From: Chrysomallon squamiferum
Lineage: Eukaryota; Animalia; Mollusca
Assembly (NCBI GenBank): GCA_012295275.1
Contig: CM022672.1
Span: 13,268,001-13,332,000 of the forward strand
Reading direction: 5' to 3'
Length of the DNA stretch: 64,000 nt
Shown here: positions 42,529 through 55,862 of the stretch, piece by piece
Position numbering within the stretch: position 1 is the stretch's first letter
How the letters are laid out: the number at the start of each line of letters is the position of its first letter
The notes under the pieces: model-generated
Told to the model about the DNA's origin: nothing
The model's input: only the letters and a program-made list of their open reading frames with translations
Databases searched by the model: none
Translations under genes and position numbers: made by a program

Positions 42529-43126
42529 ATGCCTTCCATCCAGGAGTAAGTTTTTTAGCTTATTTAATTTACTTATTGTTACTGTGGATCTTTCCATTTA
42601 TTGTATATAGTGTTTATTAACATATTTTTGTTTTAACTTTCAGTAAACCAAGTTGGGCTGAACAAGCGGAAGAAGGATACGATGACAGTAAGTATTAATA
42701 TTTCTGTTCTATCGCATTATGATTATAATTATTATCAATATTATGTTCACTATCGTGATTGTGACGGAAGTTACTATGTACAGCATGTTCCATATGTCAT
42801 GATCATGACGGAATATTCAATTAAACTCAGAAGCGACTAAGAATGTATAGACCGATAGCATGTTGACAGAATATTCATGAATAATTTTGATTATGGTCGA
42901 TTGTTATTGTTCTACTTCATAAACTTGCATCAGCACTTTTACGCTTTTTCAAAACTGAGGGAAACAGCCTTTGTTACGGTTTAGTTATTAACTACAATCG
43001 TATGATAATGTAATATGAAAAATATATGTATTAGAAACTGCTATATATGATATTAATGAAATTAGATTCAGGCTGAGCATCCCAGATGTTATCAAAAATG
43101 CTTGGGTCCAGAGGTTTTTATTTATT

Positions 43127-43165
<39 letters not shown>

Positions 43166-44781
43166 TATTATTATTATTATTTGGAACATAATGAAAGAGA
43201 TTGTTAATTGGACATAAAAACAAAATCCATTTATATTTTACATATAGCTTAAATGGAATTAGTCTTCCAATAGTTATATATATAACATTTTTAATAATTT
43301 TGAGAAGAAATAAAATAATTTGTGCAATAAATCACCAGAAAACTTTAAGATAACACTGTACTTGAAAAAAAATATATCAGATTTGGAAATTTTGAATAAT
43401 GGATTCTCAGCCTGTAATATGAAATCTTTGCTTTTATGTGAAATATGTAAAGCAGCCAGAATAAAAAACTAGTTTTCCAGATTTTCATTTAACTGTAGCA
43501 CTTCTGAACATAGAGCTTCATAAACTGGAATATAATAGCTTGAAACATCGACCATTCTTAATGTCCTCATGTCAAGCTCTTTTTCCAAACAAATAACCAA
43601 GTTGTTATTTTATTAACTAACTAAAGAAAATGAACATGGCTAAGATGTTTATGAAATGCCACAGCTGTCTACATTTAAAGTTTACATTTTCATTAAAAAT
43701 AATAAAAAAAACAGTTAAAGAATTGTTTGGTGACAGACACAGGAATAAAATTATTAATGTGTAATATCATTCAGTGATTGAATATGAAATGGTAATGACG
43801 TTCACTCCTCTTTTATAAAGGATTTGAGTCATGTTGTGTTTTAAGTGTGCATGTTCTTGAGATTCGTGTTCATTTGAACTGGCAGTGTATTGTGATTGTT
43901 GGTGTTTAATGCATCTGCTTGCAGTATTGGAGATATTTTCACATGGGAAGACGTCATTGTTGACACTGAAAGATAGAGGAGAAATACCATTTCTCTATGA
44001 ATTAAGATATATTTGGCATTTATGAATAATTTCATGTTGATTGTATATTTAACAAGTTCATTTTAAATTAACCTTATTAATTTTGTTGCCATAATTAATG
44101 TGTTGGTTTTTGTGTTTGTTTCAGTTGCTCTGCCACCACATGAAGAATATGATGAAAAGAATGGACTGAAAAAAATCATTGAATATAAAAAAAATGAAGA
44201 TGACAAGTTGGTCAAGGTATTATGTTATGATTTTGAATTATCAGAAAATCATAATGTGATCTTATTTGAAATCTTATTGAATGACCAGAAAGTAAAAACA
44301 AGAATATATCATCTTCCAATGTTAGAGTAGTAGAACAAATATGTTTTGCAAATAAAAAAACATTCCAAACAAACACTTTTATTCATATCTATCAGCATGA
44401 ACTTACAGAAACAATTCAAGCAATTTAATGTCTCAAAGCTTATTAATCTTTGGATTCTATTTAAAATCTGTATTAAGTATTGAAATTATTATGATAATAA
44501 AGCATCAGCATTGTTGATGTTTGTTCAGCAGAGACACAGAGATAATGATTAATAAAAATGCTTTTTTAAAATTTAGATACGGTTTACGTTTAATAAGAAT
44601 ATACAAAAAAAACCCACTTTATTTAAAGGAATTAAATCTTTTTATATTAAAATTTAATTTATAGTTTGTTGTGATACATTATTATGTTTATTTTCAGGTT
44701 ACAAAGACATACAAAGTTGAAACAAGAAGAGTTTCCAAGTCCATAGCAAGAAGAAAGGTTTGTTTTCATCAGCATTCAAGC

Positions 44782-44853
<72 letters not shown>

Positions 44854-47800
44854 TATATAACTAAAGAATTAAGAATGTTAATTTTCATCTGTTTGGAAAT
44901 ATTTCAATTTAATATAATGATATAACAAGTCCATCTAACACATGGAAATCAAATGATAAAACACTGTTTTAGAAAATGAATGAATGATCATTAATTTAAC
45001 ATATCTTAATATTAATATATATATATATATATATATATTTATTTATTTTTTTTTATTTATTTTTTTTTTTTTTTTTTGGGAACTTGTTTTATGATTTTGG
45101 AGAAAGAGGAAACCAGAATCTGCATCATTATTATATAAAATGTGTTGAAATCTTTGTTAAATAAAACCTTTCTAATATAACAGGTGTGGAGAAAGTTTGG
45201 TGCTGCTGAACGTGACCCACCTGGGCCAAACCCAGCTAACACGATCATGTCTGAAGAAATCATGATGCAGTTTGTACTAAACAAAGAGGTAATGTTATTC
45301 CAGGAGTTGCTTCCCTTGATTCATTTAAACCTAAGTCTAATAATATTCACAAAAAGAAAACTGTCAGAAGTGTCAGTCTTTAAAATAAATACTGAAACTT
45401 CGCAAAAATGGTAACTGAAGAGATATATTATTTTTTAATGTATTTAGTTTATTTCCTATTATTTTTGACTGTTAATTTGGTAAATATTTTTAAAAAAATC
45501 ATTTATGTTTATTGTTATATTAATATTATTGTTACTGTTTTTCCTTTTCCTTCCTCTTCTTTTTTTTTTTTGTGCAAATTTTAAATAATAATTTTTACCA
45601 TTTATATCAATCTAAATTAAAAAACTGTAGAATAGAATAATCCCTCCCCATAAAAAAAACAACCCAGCAACAATAAAAAAAAAAAAAAAAACAACAACAA
45701 AGGAAAACAAATTTAACTAAAGAAATATTTTGATTTACTTTCAGCAAACAGCCAATGAAGATGAAGACCCACTGGCAAAACTGAAAAACCAGAAAATTGT
45801 CCAGTGCAGAATCTGTAAAGGTGACCACTGGACTACTCGGTGTCCTTACAAGGACACACTGGCTCCTATCCAGGAGAAACTCAATGAAGACCAGAAGAAA
45901 CCGGAAGTTGCTCCTGTGTCTCCTCTGACATCGACAGGAGCCAAGGCGCCAACTGGAGGAAAGTACGTACCTCCCAGTATGAGAGAAGGAGCCACTAAAG
46001 GAAGAGGTGAAGCCATGATGCCGTCACAGAGGAAAGGTAATTTGTGGAAGCTGCAACATTTTGAGTGTGCAAAGTATTGTTAATTAGTAACATTACATAT
46101 ATCTGTGTGTGTGTGTACATGTATATATTTGTTTATCAAACAATACAGCCTTTGTTAAAAATAAAATTTATTTCGAATTTTTCATTAAAATTCATACTAA
46201 CTAATGGTTTAAAAAAAATTAAAAAATTAAATGTAGACTATGACTTAATGGAATCCAAGAGTTATTTCCCTTATAGCCTAATCATAAAGGATCTCATTGT
46301 AAATTAGAAATAAATATGTTCATATTATTATTTTTTTCTTAAAGTTATATTGCAAGTAATAAAAAAAGTTATGTAAAAATCTGATTGATGTATAACTTTA
46401 AATCTTTTGTTTAAACATCATGTTTTAAACAAAAATAAAATAACTTTAAATACTGTTTTGTTGTAGTAATCGTTTTAATTACAATTTCACTGTACCAGCA
46501 TATGCACTCACATATCAGTTTAATATTCAAATATTCAAATTCATGACAATGACTTTATTCTCGTAGAAGAATGTAGTACAGATATATAATAACAAAATTA
46601 AAATTAACACCTTGACAATATATATGTTTTTTAACATGCATGCTGGAATATAATTTGATGGTTTCATAAATGGTTTATTATCTATATTTATTGTTTCAGA
46701 TGAAGCTGCTACAATCCGAGTAACAAACTTGTCAGAAGATACACGGGAATCTGATCTTCAAGAACTCTTCAGACCGTTTGGTCCCATTTCCAGAATCTAC
46801 CTGGCCAAAGACAAGATTACTGGACAGTCAAAGGTAAGCCTTTTGTTCTAGTCAGAAACTTAAAAACAACATTTTATTTATTTTTAACATCTGTTTATCA
46901 AAAGGTATTTGAAAATAACAAACATAAAAATTAATTAATACTTTTTTGTGTTTGTATATGCCTTAATAGTATTAGTTCCATTTGTAGAGAGTGATTTTTA
47001 ACTTATTTATTAAAAGGTTATTCTGTTAAACATCATAGAAATTGGATTTTTGTTATATGTGTATGTCTTAATGCAATTAAGCATATTCATATTCAGTTTG
47101 TGGTGAGTTTTAAAGAAACGTGCTATTTTATCTAATATATTGGAAAATGTAGATAATAAATGAAGAATTGCATCAAAGTTGCTATTGTTACTTCTTTTTA
47201 CTTACATATTGATATGTGTATGTAACTGATCTATACTCATAACACATTTTGCTAAAAGATGTATTGAGTCTTTACTGTTTCAGCATACACACTTGTTATA
47301 CCAAATTGTCACTAGGACACAAAAATAGAGATATTTAGAGTTGCAGAATATGACAGGCTGTTATTGATAGGTTTTCTTGATACCAGTGAGTAAGAAATTA
47401 AAAAATGCATATATGCATGACTGTGTCCATGTCCATGTTTTTGTCTACATTCATGTCCATTTCTGTGTCCACATCTACATCCACATCCACATCCATGTTC
47501 ACCTCCAAGTCCATGTCCATGCCAGTGTCTACATGTTCATCTGTTTGTAGTGACCTGCTTTGTTTGCCTACGTTAAAACGTTTGTTAATTGTTTGCAGGG
47601 TTTTGCTTTCATCAATTTCCACCGACGTGAAGATGCTGCCCGAGCTATTGCTGGTGTGTCCGGATTTGGATACGATCATCTCATCCTCAATGTGGAATGG
47701 GCAAAGTAAGTAGTTTAGAACTCACAGCTCTTATAACACAAGAGTCTTAAACAGCTTTCTTAGCATGTGACAAGCAGCTGATGTTTGGTATATCATGAAT

Positions 47801-48144
47801 CACAAAGTAAGAGTATAAATTGATTTTTCTTGTTGAAATAATAGCTGATCAGTAATACTAATAGTTTAATATGTTGTTGAGGGTTGTTTTTTTTTGGTGT
47901 TTTTTTACAGTTATGATGTGGTTCTTCTGTTTGTAATAAGATTTCTTGAATTCTTATATAATTTGTTCACTCTTATAATTCTTTGTTTTCTTGCCCATTT
48001 TTATATCATTTTCCTCAAATTAACAAATTAAAGCAAACGATTTTTACATATGTCTATTTTATATACTCTGATTGTAGCAAGCATGTATTTCTTTGTAACA
48101 TTTATTTTTTTGTTTTGTCTTGCAGACCTTCGGGTACCACCTGA
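42529..48144 (+). CDS. EIF3G: Eukaryotic translation initiation factor 3 subunit G, ~289 aa
   Basis: Exons 42529-42545, 42644-42687, 44125-44216, 44698-44757, 45184-45288, 45745-46036, 46700-46833, 47599-47705, 48126-48144. Motifs [26 protein letters not shown], zinc knuckle [22 protein letters not shown], and RRM ([49 protein letters not shown]). Confidence 0.97.
43069..43414. mobile_element. Non-autonomous Tc1/mariner (pogo/Tigger-type) MITE, Tigger4/MER46-like
   Basis: TIRs CAGGCTGAGCATCC (43069-43082) and GGATTCTCAGCCTG (43401-43414) are 13/14 complementary. TA follows the right end; the left flank is TT (decayed TSD). An internal (TTA)n expansion is present. Confidence 0.7.
44782..44850. 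repeat. (AAT)n microsatellite
   Basis: Direct inspection; explains the poly-Ile ORF at 44671. Confidence 0.95.
47421..47542. repeat. Degenerate hexamer repeat (GTCCAT/ATCCAC)
   Basis: Direct inspection; lies in eIF3g intron 7. Confidence 0.75.
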
Positions 48145-48447
48145 AAAAGTTATTTCAAGGACGTAACAAGAAATTTATGTTGCAGAAACTCTTTGGATTA
48201 AAATATTCTAACATTCTGTCTCTACTTCTTTTAATAACTTTAATACATGATCGATCAAATCATGTCTTGCCACATGGCCTAGTATTCAGCTTTAGCCAAC
48301 AAAAGCAGAGTAAAACAAAATTTTTGGTTAAAAATAGGTTTATATATATCTTACCTCTTTGATCCAGTGACAAAATTAATAGATATTATCCTGTGTTTTA
48401 GAGCACTTCTATGAAATTTGTTTTTTTGCTGGATGTCTTGTTAACTG

Positions 48448-48453
48448 AATAAA
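48448..48453 (+). terminator. Candidate eIF3g polyadenylation signal
   Basis: First AATAAA, ~300 nt after the stop codon. Confidence 0.55.
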
Positions 48454-49176
48454 AGGAACACTTTTTGCCAACATGATACAAGGATGAATAAGGTATTGAA
48501 ATGAAGCTTATGGAATCAGGAATCTAAAAACGCATGTAACGCCAGTGAAATGAAGACCTGGTTTCATGTAATATAATAGTCAACAGTTACCAGTTTTCTC
48601 ATATACGTTGATACGATGAATGGAATCGACCCTATGTTTACTTTTCATTTTTTGCCGACATGTATAAGTTTAAAAAAAAAAAAAAAAAAAAAAAATTAAA
48701 AACATTCATCATTAATTTTCTGAAATTCTGGTTTCATTCTACAGTTAGTTGAATTTCAAGGGCTTGAATTCTGTCTGAGATTATAATTATGAAATTACCT
48801 TTTTAAAAATAAATATAATTGTATGTACATAAGATTTAATAGTTTTGATCTCTTCTGCAGTTTGATAAATAAAGAGCAGAGATGGATGTTTTGTATAAAT
48901 TTTTATCTATCTGTCATAAAACACGTTTCCAAAAATACACAAATTGTTTCTGATTATCTGATGCCTTTAAAAAGAACAAAGTATTATTTATTTTTTTATT
49001 TTTTTATTTTAATGATTTGTCATTTGCTTCGTATTTTATAATAACATATATCATTGTCGCGTCCATTCGCATTCCTTTTTCAATTCGTTTGATTAAGAAA
49101 AGAAAGAAAAAAAAGGACAAATACTAAAATTTAAAATTGGAGAAAAGAAAAATTTCAAATACCACCATTTGTTCGT

Positions 49177-49177
<1 letters not shown>

Positions 49178-49229
<52 letters not shown>
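49178..49229. repeat. (AAT)n microsatellite
   Basis: Direct inspection. Confidence 0.95.
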
Positions 49230-51119
49230 CAAAAAACCTATTTTAAAAATAAAAAGATAAAACCAAAATTCTTTTTACAAATCTTCAGGCACCGACATTG
49301 TCTGACCGAGAACAACGAAAAACACACACAAAAAGATTAAAAATCTTTTATATTTTTTAAAACCAAAACATGACAAAGACAATGTCAAACAGATTACTGG
49401 GACTAACGTGAACGTCAACAGTTGACATTAATGTGTCTGGTACATTAAAAAGAGTTCTCTGTAAATTATTTGTTTTGTGAGGATCGTCTGAAAGGAATAA
49501 AAACAAAACAAAAACGACAAGATACCTTTAAAGAACAACACGTAACTTGTGTCCTCAGCTCAAACCAAAACTTTGATCCAGTCAGATAGTAAACTGACCG
49601 GAGTTGGAAAACAAACAGTTAAGGGACTTGGGAAAAGTTAATTTTTTCTTGGAAATAAAACTTGTTTTGTCTTACAGTAATCTTCTCTGGTTAGTTCGTG
49701 TTAGAAATAAGAAAGAAAGAAAGAAAACACACACACACACACACACACAAACACAAACACACACATACGAGCAATAGAAATAATTAGAGTAGAGTATACA
49801 AAAGTATATTGTTTGTGAAAAAAAAATTAAGTGTACATGAAAGAAAATAACGAGGAAAAAACAACATCTAATAATGATGCTATCGTTCTTTCTGATTTGT
49901 GGAAAATATAATAATAAAGACAACAACAACAACAATAATAATAATAAAGACACAAGTAGTAAGACATTAATTATATACCATTTAAACCAAAACATCTGTA
50001 CGGTATCCTTTATAACGATTCAAAGAAACCCTACTTTCCTCATTTGCACAAGATAAATTCTTTCGAACCTGTCCATCATTTCCTTCGATTAAATGAATGT
50101 AGTAACACATAAATGAAAAAGTACACAAAACATTTAACAAGAACCTACTTCTCTTTCACAACAACTATAAGAAGACTTTGCCAAACGTCTTTGAACCTGG
50201 CCCTGCCTTGCCTTGGCATTGCTACATACGAACGCCAGAAATACATTGGCACTTACGACTTCCTTGTTTGTCGAACGTCTTGAATAGGTAACAGAGACTT
50301 TGCCAGACCAAACAAGACAGGTGTTGACGTTAAGTAACACTGCTGGACATTATCGTAATGACAAAGAGTCTGTGATGGTTAATTCTACACAGGCCGTGCC
50401 CGGCTTTCAGGTAACTGTAGAGCACACCCTTCCTATGGTAAATGCATTGGTAAATAACGGTGACAAATAGGCTTACTGATACATGCAAGATATTTTCTTT
50501 TAACAAGATATAAATTTAAGGTTAAATAAAACATTGAAAAATTGTGTTGCAGTAAAAATTAAAATAGTCGTAGAATTTTTTTTTTCGTTTTTTTGTATGT
50601 TTTTTTTAATATTTTATATTTTTAAAAATAGTTTATGGACAAAGTCGCTGTAAGAAAACCTTGTAGTTTATTGTGTAAAATTGCGAGTTTGAAAAGTAAC
50701 TGAACAAACTGATAAAAAACTACTGAACTCAAATGTCGCGAACAGTTTTATGTGCAGCAATGAATATTTAATGCTTCAAAGACCGTTATTATTTAATATT
50801 AGTTATATAATATGTTTTTATTTTCAGTTATTTTGTTTCTTATAAAAAGCAAATAAAATGTCTTTTCAGCTAATAGTGATTTGGATTTCTTTTTATACAC
50901 TAGGATTGACTTTAGAATATTCATCTTTTTGTTGGCGGAAAATGTACTTACACTTTATAAATGTCCAGCTAGAACTTACAATGTTAGATTTTTTTTAATA
51001 TTCTGTTAAAAAAAAACCCCAAAATAAAATGAAATCTTGAAATCAAAATTTATTATTATTATCTTTATTATTAGTGCTGTTTTTATTATTATTATTGTTG
51101 TTGTTGTTGTTATTGTGAT

Positions 51120-51150
51120 AATTTATTATTGTTGTTATTATTATTATTGC

Positions 51151-51197
<47 letters not shown>
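51120..51197. repeat. (TAT)n microsatellite
   Basis: Direct inspection. Confidence 0.9.
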
Positions 51198-51198
<1 letters not shown>

Positions 51199-51599
51199 AT
51201 CATTTGTTTCAATCCACTGAATCACAATACACTATGAATTTTATTTTATTTTATTTTTTTACATTAATTCATTTTTATACATTCACGCCTTGAATCTAAT
51301 TTTATAAGACCAGACAATCATTCATTAAAAGTCAGGTGTTAAAATCTTTCCCCGAGTGACGATAAAAGAAACTGGAAAAAATACTTTACACTGGACGCAT
51401 CTCAAATCAGTCTGGTTTAAAACAAACGAAAAGTGAGACACAAATTTGTATTAGGATCCAGAATGCCTTCATTTTCATCTCCCATATATTTGTTTCAGTA
51501 AGGAAGAAATGAAAAAAATAATATATATGTCTATATCTATCTAGATACACAAGCGCAAGCACACACACACACACACAGACAATGAATAAATGTATGAAC

Positions 51600-52085
51600 A
51601 AATTTAAAAAAAAAAATAAAAATAAAAATAAATAAAATAAAATGATTATTTACATTCTTGGATTTATACTGTGCAATAAAAAAAAAAATAATTGAATAAC
51701 AGAGAGAGAGAGAGAGAGAAAAAAAAAAAATTTGAAAAAAAAAAAAACCCACTTGAGAACAAACTATATGCCCAAAACAATAAAGTGTAATAAATAAATA
51801 AACAAATAATACCAGAAAATTAATAAATAACTGCAAAAAAAAAAAAAAATAATAAAAAAAAATAAATAAAAATAATAAAAATAAATTAAAAAATAAATAA
51901 AAAATAAAAATAAATAAATAAATAAATAAAAATAATTTAAAAAAACAAATAAAAAAAAAATAAAATAAAAAATAAAATAAAATAAAATAAACAAAATTAA
52001 AAAATAAATAAATAAAACAAAATAACATAAAAAAAATAAATAAAATAAAAAAATAAAAAAAAATTAATAAAAAATAAAAAAAAAT
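51600..52085. repeat. A-rich low-complexity tract (AAAT/AAAAT)
   Basis: Direct inspection. Confidence 0.85.
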
Positions 52086-52498
52086 GTAATAGTGTTTAAA
52101 TTAAAATCAGGTCTTCTATTTTCGCCCTGCTCATAGTAAGAATGTGTAAAATAGTTTCCTTTTTGTTTTAAAGAAGCTATAATTGGACCTGTTACAAGCA
52201 GACCTTGACCACGGGTCAGAAGAGTTCATTTAACATGTGCTGCGGCCAGTTTTAAAAATAACACTTTTGCCATAAATAAAACCAATATTTTCTTAGGCCC
52301 ATCACTGTTTTTCGTTTCGTAAACAAATCTTCTAAATCTTCTAAAATGTATGAAAAGGAGTTTGACATTAATTATAGTTTTATTATTTTTTTGAAATAAA
52401 TACTGTATTTGTTTTGTTTTTTTAAATATTTAAATATTTAACAAAGTTACTTTTATTTAAACAATGGTTATACATCAGGTTTTTAGAAGATTCATATT

Positions 52499-52702
52499 TA
52501 TATATACATACATACATATACACACATACACACATACACACATACAGACACATACATACGTACATACATACACACATACAGACACACAGACGTACATACA
52601 AACACAGATACATACACACATACATACATAATACATAATACATAAGTACGTACATACAATCGTACATACATACATACATTCGTGCATAGATGCATATATA
52701 CA

Positions 52703-52735
<33 letters not shown>

Positions 52736-52770
52736 TATAAATACACACACACACACACACACACACACAG
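52499..52770. repeat. Degenerate (ATAC)n/(AC)n microsatellite
   Basis: Direct inspection. Confidence 0.9.
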
Positions 52771-53135
52771 ATATATAAATGTATATATGTATCTTAAACA
52801 ATCACCAGATATTTTTAAACATGTCGAATTGTCCACTTGCTGAACTTACGTCATTGTATTTGACTTTCACCTCTGATCATGGCATTCTTGCCAGTTGCAG
52901 CATTCCGTGACTGGCGACCACAGTGTCACATGCTTTTTGTTAATTACACGAGCTAATTAAAGTGAATCGAGCGACAAAGCAAATAAATGAATGGATCTAC
53001 AATGAACGTAACACAGTGGACAGAAACTGTTTGTGTTTGTGTTTGTTTTGTGTGTGTGTCCTTGTCTGCGTATTTCGTAATCAGAAAGTCTATTTTAATA
53101 GAAGGTACGTCTGTTAGGGGAAAGAATGACTAAGA

Positions 53136-53270
<135 letters not shown>

Positions 53271-53746
53271 TCTTGGAAATAACATAGTGTCAGACAGAGA
53301 AAAACAGAAAGTAGGCCCATTCAGTGATTCAGAGACAGTAAGAAAAAGCGACAGTCATCTGAAATAAATGAATTAAAAATATAACAATCGTAAAACAGAA
53401 TGAAAAACCAAAAACAAAAAAAAATTACCAACAACGAAGAAAACAAAGAATATCATTCTCTTATAGCCTTTGTCAAACAGAGTGGCTGATGGTTTCCGTA
53501 GAAAAGTTCTTCGCCTCACTTAAATCTGGCCACATCTACAGAAACGAAAAATTGCTTTAAAAAGATTTTAGAAATTAAAAAAAAAAAAAAAAAAAAAACA
53601 AGTAAAAACCAAAGTGGAATAAAATCTGAAAACAAATATAAGGTCAGACAAACTCATTTCACTTCGAGTAAGGATGCGAAAGTAACATAATAATTCAAAT
53701 TTCAATGTCAGAGAATCGTTAAAATAAATATAACACAATTTTTGAT

Positions 53747-53855
<109 letters not shown>

Positions 53856-54125
53856 GTATATTGTGTCTTTCTCGTGCATATCTATACATCTATATCATTC
53901 ATTCACTCTGATCTGTCTTTGCATTTATTTTAAGCATATGTCTTTTTTGTTTGTCTTTTTCTGAGGTAAAATGAAAGCATATTGTTCTTCTACGATTTTA
54001 AAATTTATTGTTTATGTGAATGTTAGGAGAAATCTTAGTATACAAAATGTGTTCGATCCTTTCATATGAAAATTAATTAATAATAGCTTTTGAAAAAAAT
54101 GCACATTTATCTAACGAAAATTAAC

Positions 54126-54198
<73 letters not shown>

Positions 54199-54210
54199 AC
54201 ACACACACAC
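54126..54210. repeat. (AC)n microsatellite
   Basis: Direct inspection. Confidence 0.95.
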
Positions 54211-55279
54211 TCCGGTATGCAGAAAACCATGTATATTACTGCACAATTGTTTTATCATTAGATCTGATTAATTTGTACTGCTCTTCACCTTTGAATCTTG
54301 CATTCTTGGCAACCTCGGAATTCCACGTCTGACATCTTGCTTGTTGATAACGACACATCTAATCAAATGCAGACAGAGAAGGACAAACAGAACAAACTGT
54401 ACATCAAAAACAATTTTTTATGTTTCACTTTCTGTCCAAAGGGAATTTTAAACGTGTTGAGTTGGCCTTTTTTTAAAATTCCTTTCATACAGAGAGTGAA
54501 AGAAAATGAATCTTTTATGTTAGCTGATGCAAAGGAAATACTGACAATAAACAAATAAATAATTAAAATAATGATGAAGATGAAAACAACAGCAACAATA
54601 TCAGAAACAATAGATGTTAAAAAATAAAGATAAAAAGAAATGTAGAAAATAGTAATAACAACAGCAAAGACGCCAAAATAATAATGATAACGACAATAAC
54701 AGCAGCAACAAAAACAATCAATAAATAATAATAAAAATTATCATGATCTTTTGAAAATTTTATTTTTATTTACTTTTTATAATATGTTTCAATATATTAT
54801 TATTTTCTTATCATTTAAAAAAAAAAAAAAAAAAAATAAAATAATAAAAAATAAATAAAAGTAATAAAATAGCACTTAAGAACACAATATTTATGTTTAA
54901 TAAAACTACAATTTTAGATTCAATACTTCGTCTTCGTTTTTCATTGTTCATTTAAAATGAAGACAACATGCTAATTCTCTTTTCATTTAACTGTTTACTT
55001 TAGACAAATAATTAACGAGGCAAGAGTTTTTCAAATTAAAATTTAATTTAAACAACACAAAACAAAACAAAAACAGCTCACGACAGGTCAATAATAAAAA
55101 TTTAAAAAAAAATTAAATTAAAAAAAATTAAACAATAATAAAATGAACCTTATGACCCAAGCGTAGTTTGCCTTAGTCACAGTCGTCGCTATTGTTCATG
55201 TGTCACAGTCGTAGTGGTCTTTATAATCAACCAGTTGTTGTTGGTTTTAATGTTATGGCTAATGATGACCTTCGACAAC

Positions 55280-55354
55280 AAAATGAACGCCGGCCTAAAA
55301 CGGTATGAGCGGAATGGCAAATACAATATTCATAAAAATGTGGCCCGTGTTTAA
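55280..55354 (+). repeat. ~75-bp dispersed repeat, copy 1 (copy 2 at 58208-58281)
   Basis: AAAATGAACGCCG..CTAAAACGGTAT.AGC..AATG..AAATA.AATATTCATAAAAATGTGG occurs twice in the same orientation. Confidence 0.8.
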
Positions 55355-55639
55355 TCAAGTCTCGCATATAAATATCATTCTGAGAACCATGTCATCTCTT
55401 GTGTCTGTGTGATCAGGGATGGCAGGTTATTTCTAGTTCAACTGTCAAGGAAACAAAAAGCTGAAGGCTAATTTGATTGATAGAAATGATGAGAACTATT
55501 ATTTTTTTTTAATCTCAAACATCGGTTTCTTACTATGCCCTGTATAATAACAGGATAGAGCTGCTGTTTTTAAAAAAATTCCTATTAGTGTTATTGTTTT
55601 GATACCAGTTATGTATTAAACATGTATAGATTAATACAT

Positions 55640-55862
55640 GTCACTACATACATACAAAGACACATATATACTACACACATATATTTATACATTCATAAAT
55701 ACATACATACATATATGCATGCATGCTTACACTCATACATACATACATACATACACACATACATATACACATATACACATATATGCGTACATACAAACGT
55801 ACGTAAATAGACACATACACAGACGCACACATACATACACAGATATCCAAACACACACACAC
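55640..55862. repeat. Degenerate (ATAC)n/(AC)n microsatellite
   Basis: Direct inspection. Confidence 0.85.

Noticed and set aside
47398-47713. Ser/Met-rich (+) and Asp/Met-rich (-) ORFs
   Set aside because: Artefacts of the hexamer repeat overlapping an eIF3g exon in other frames.
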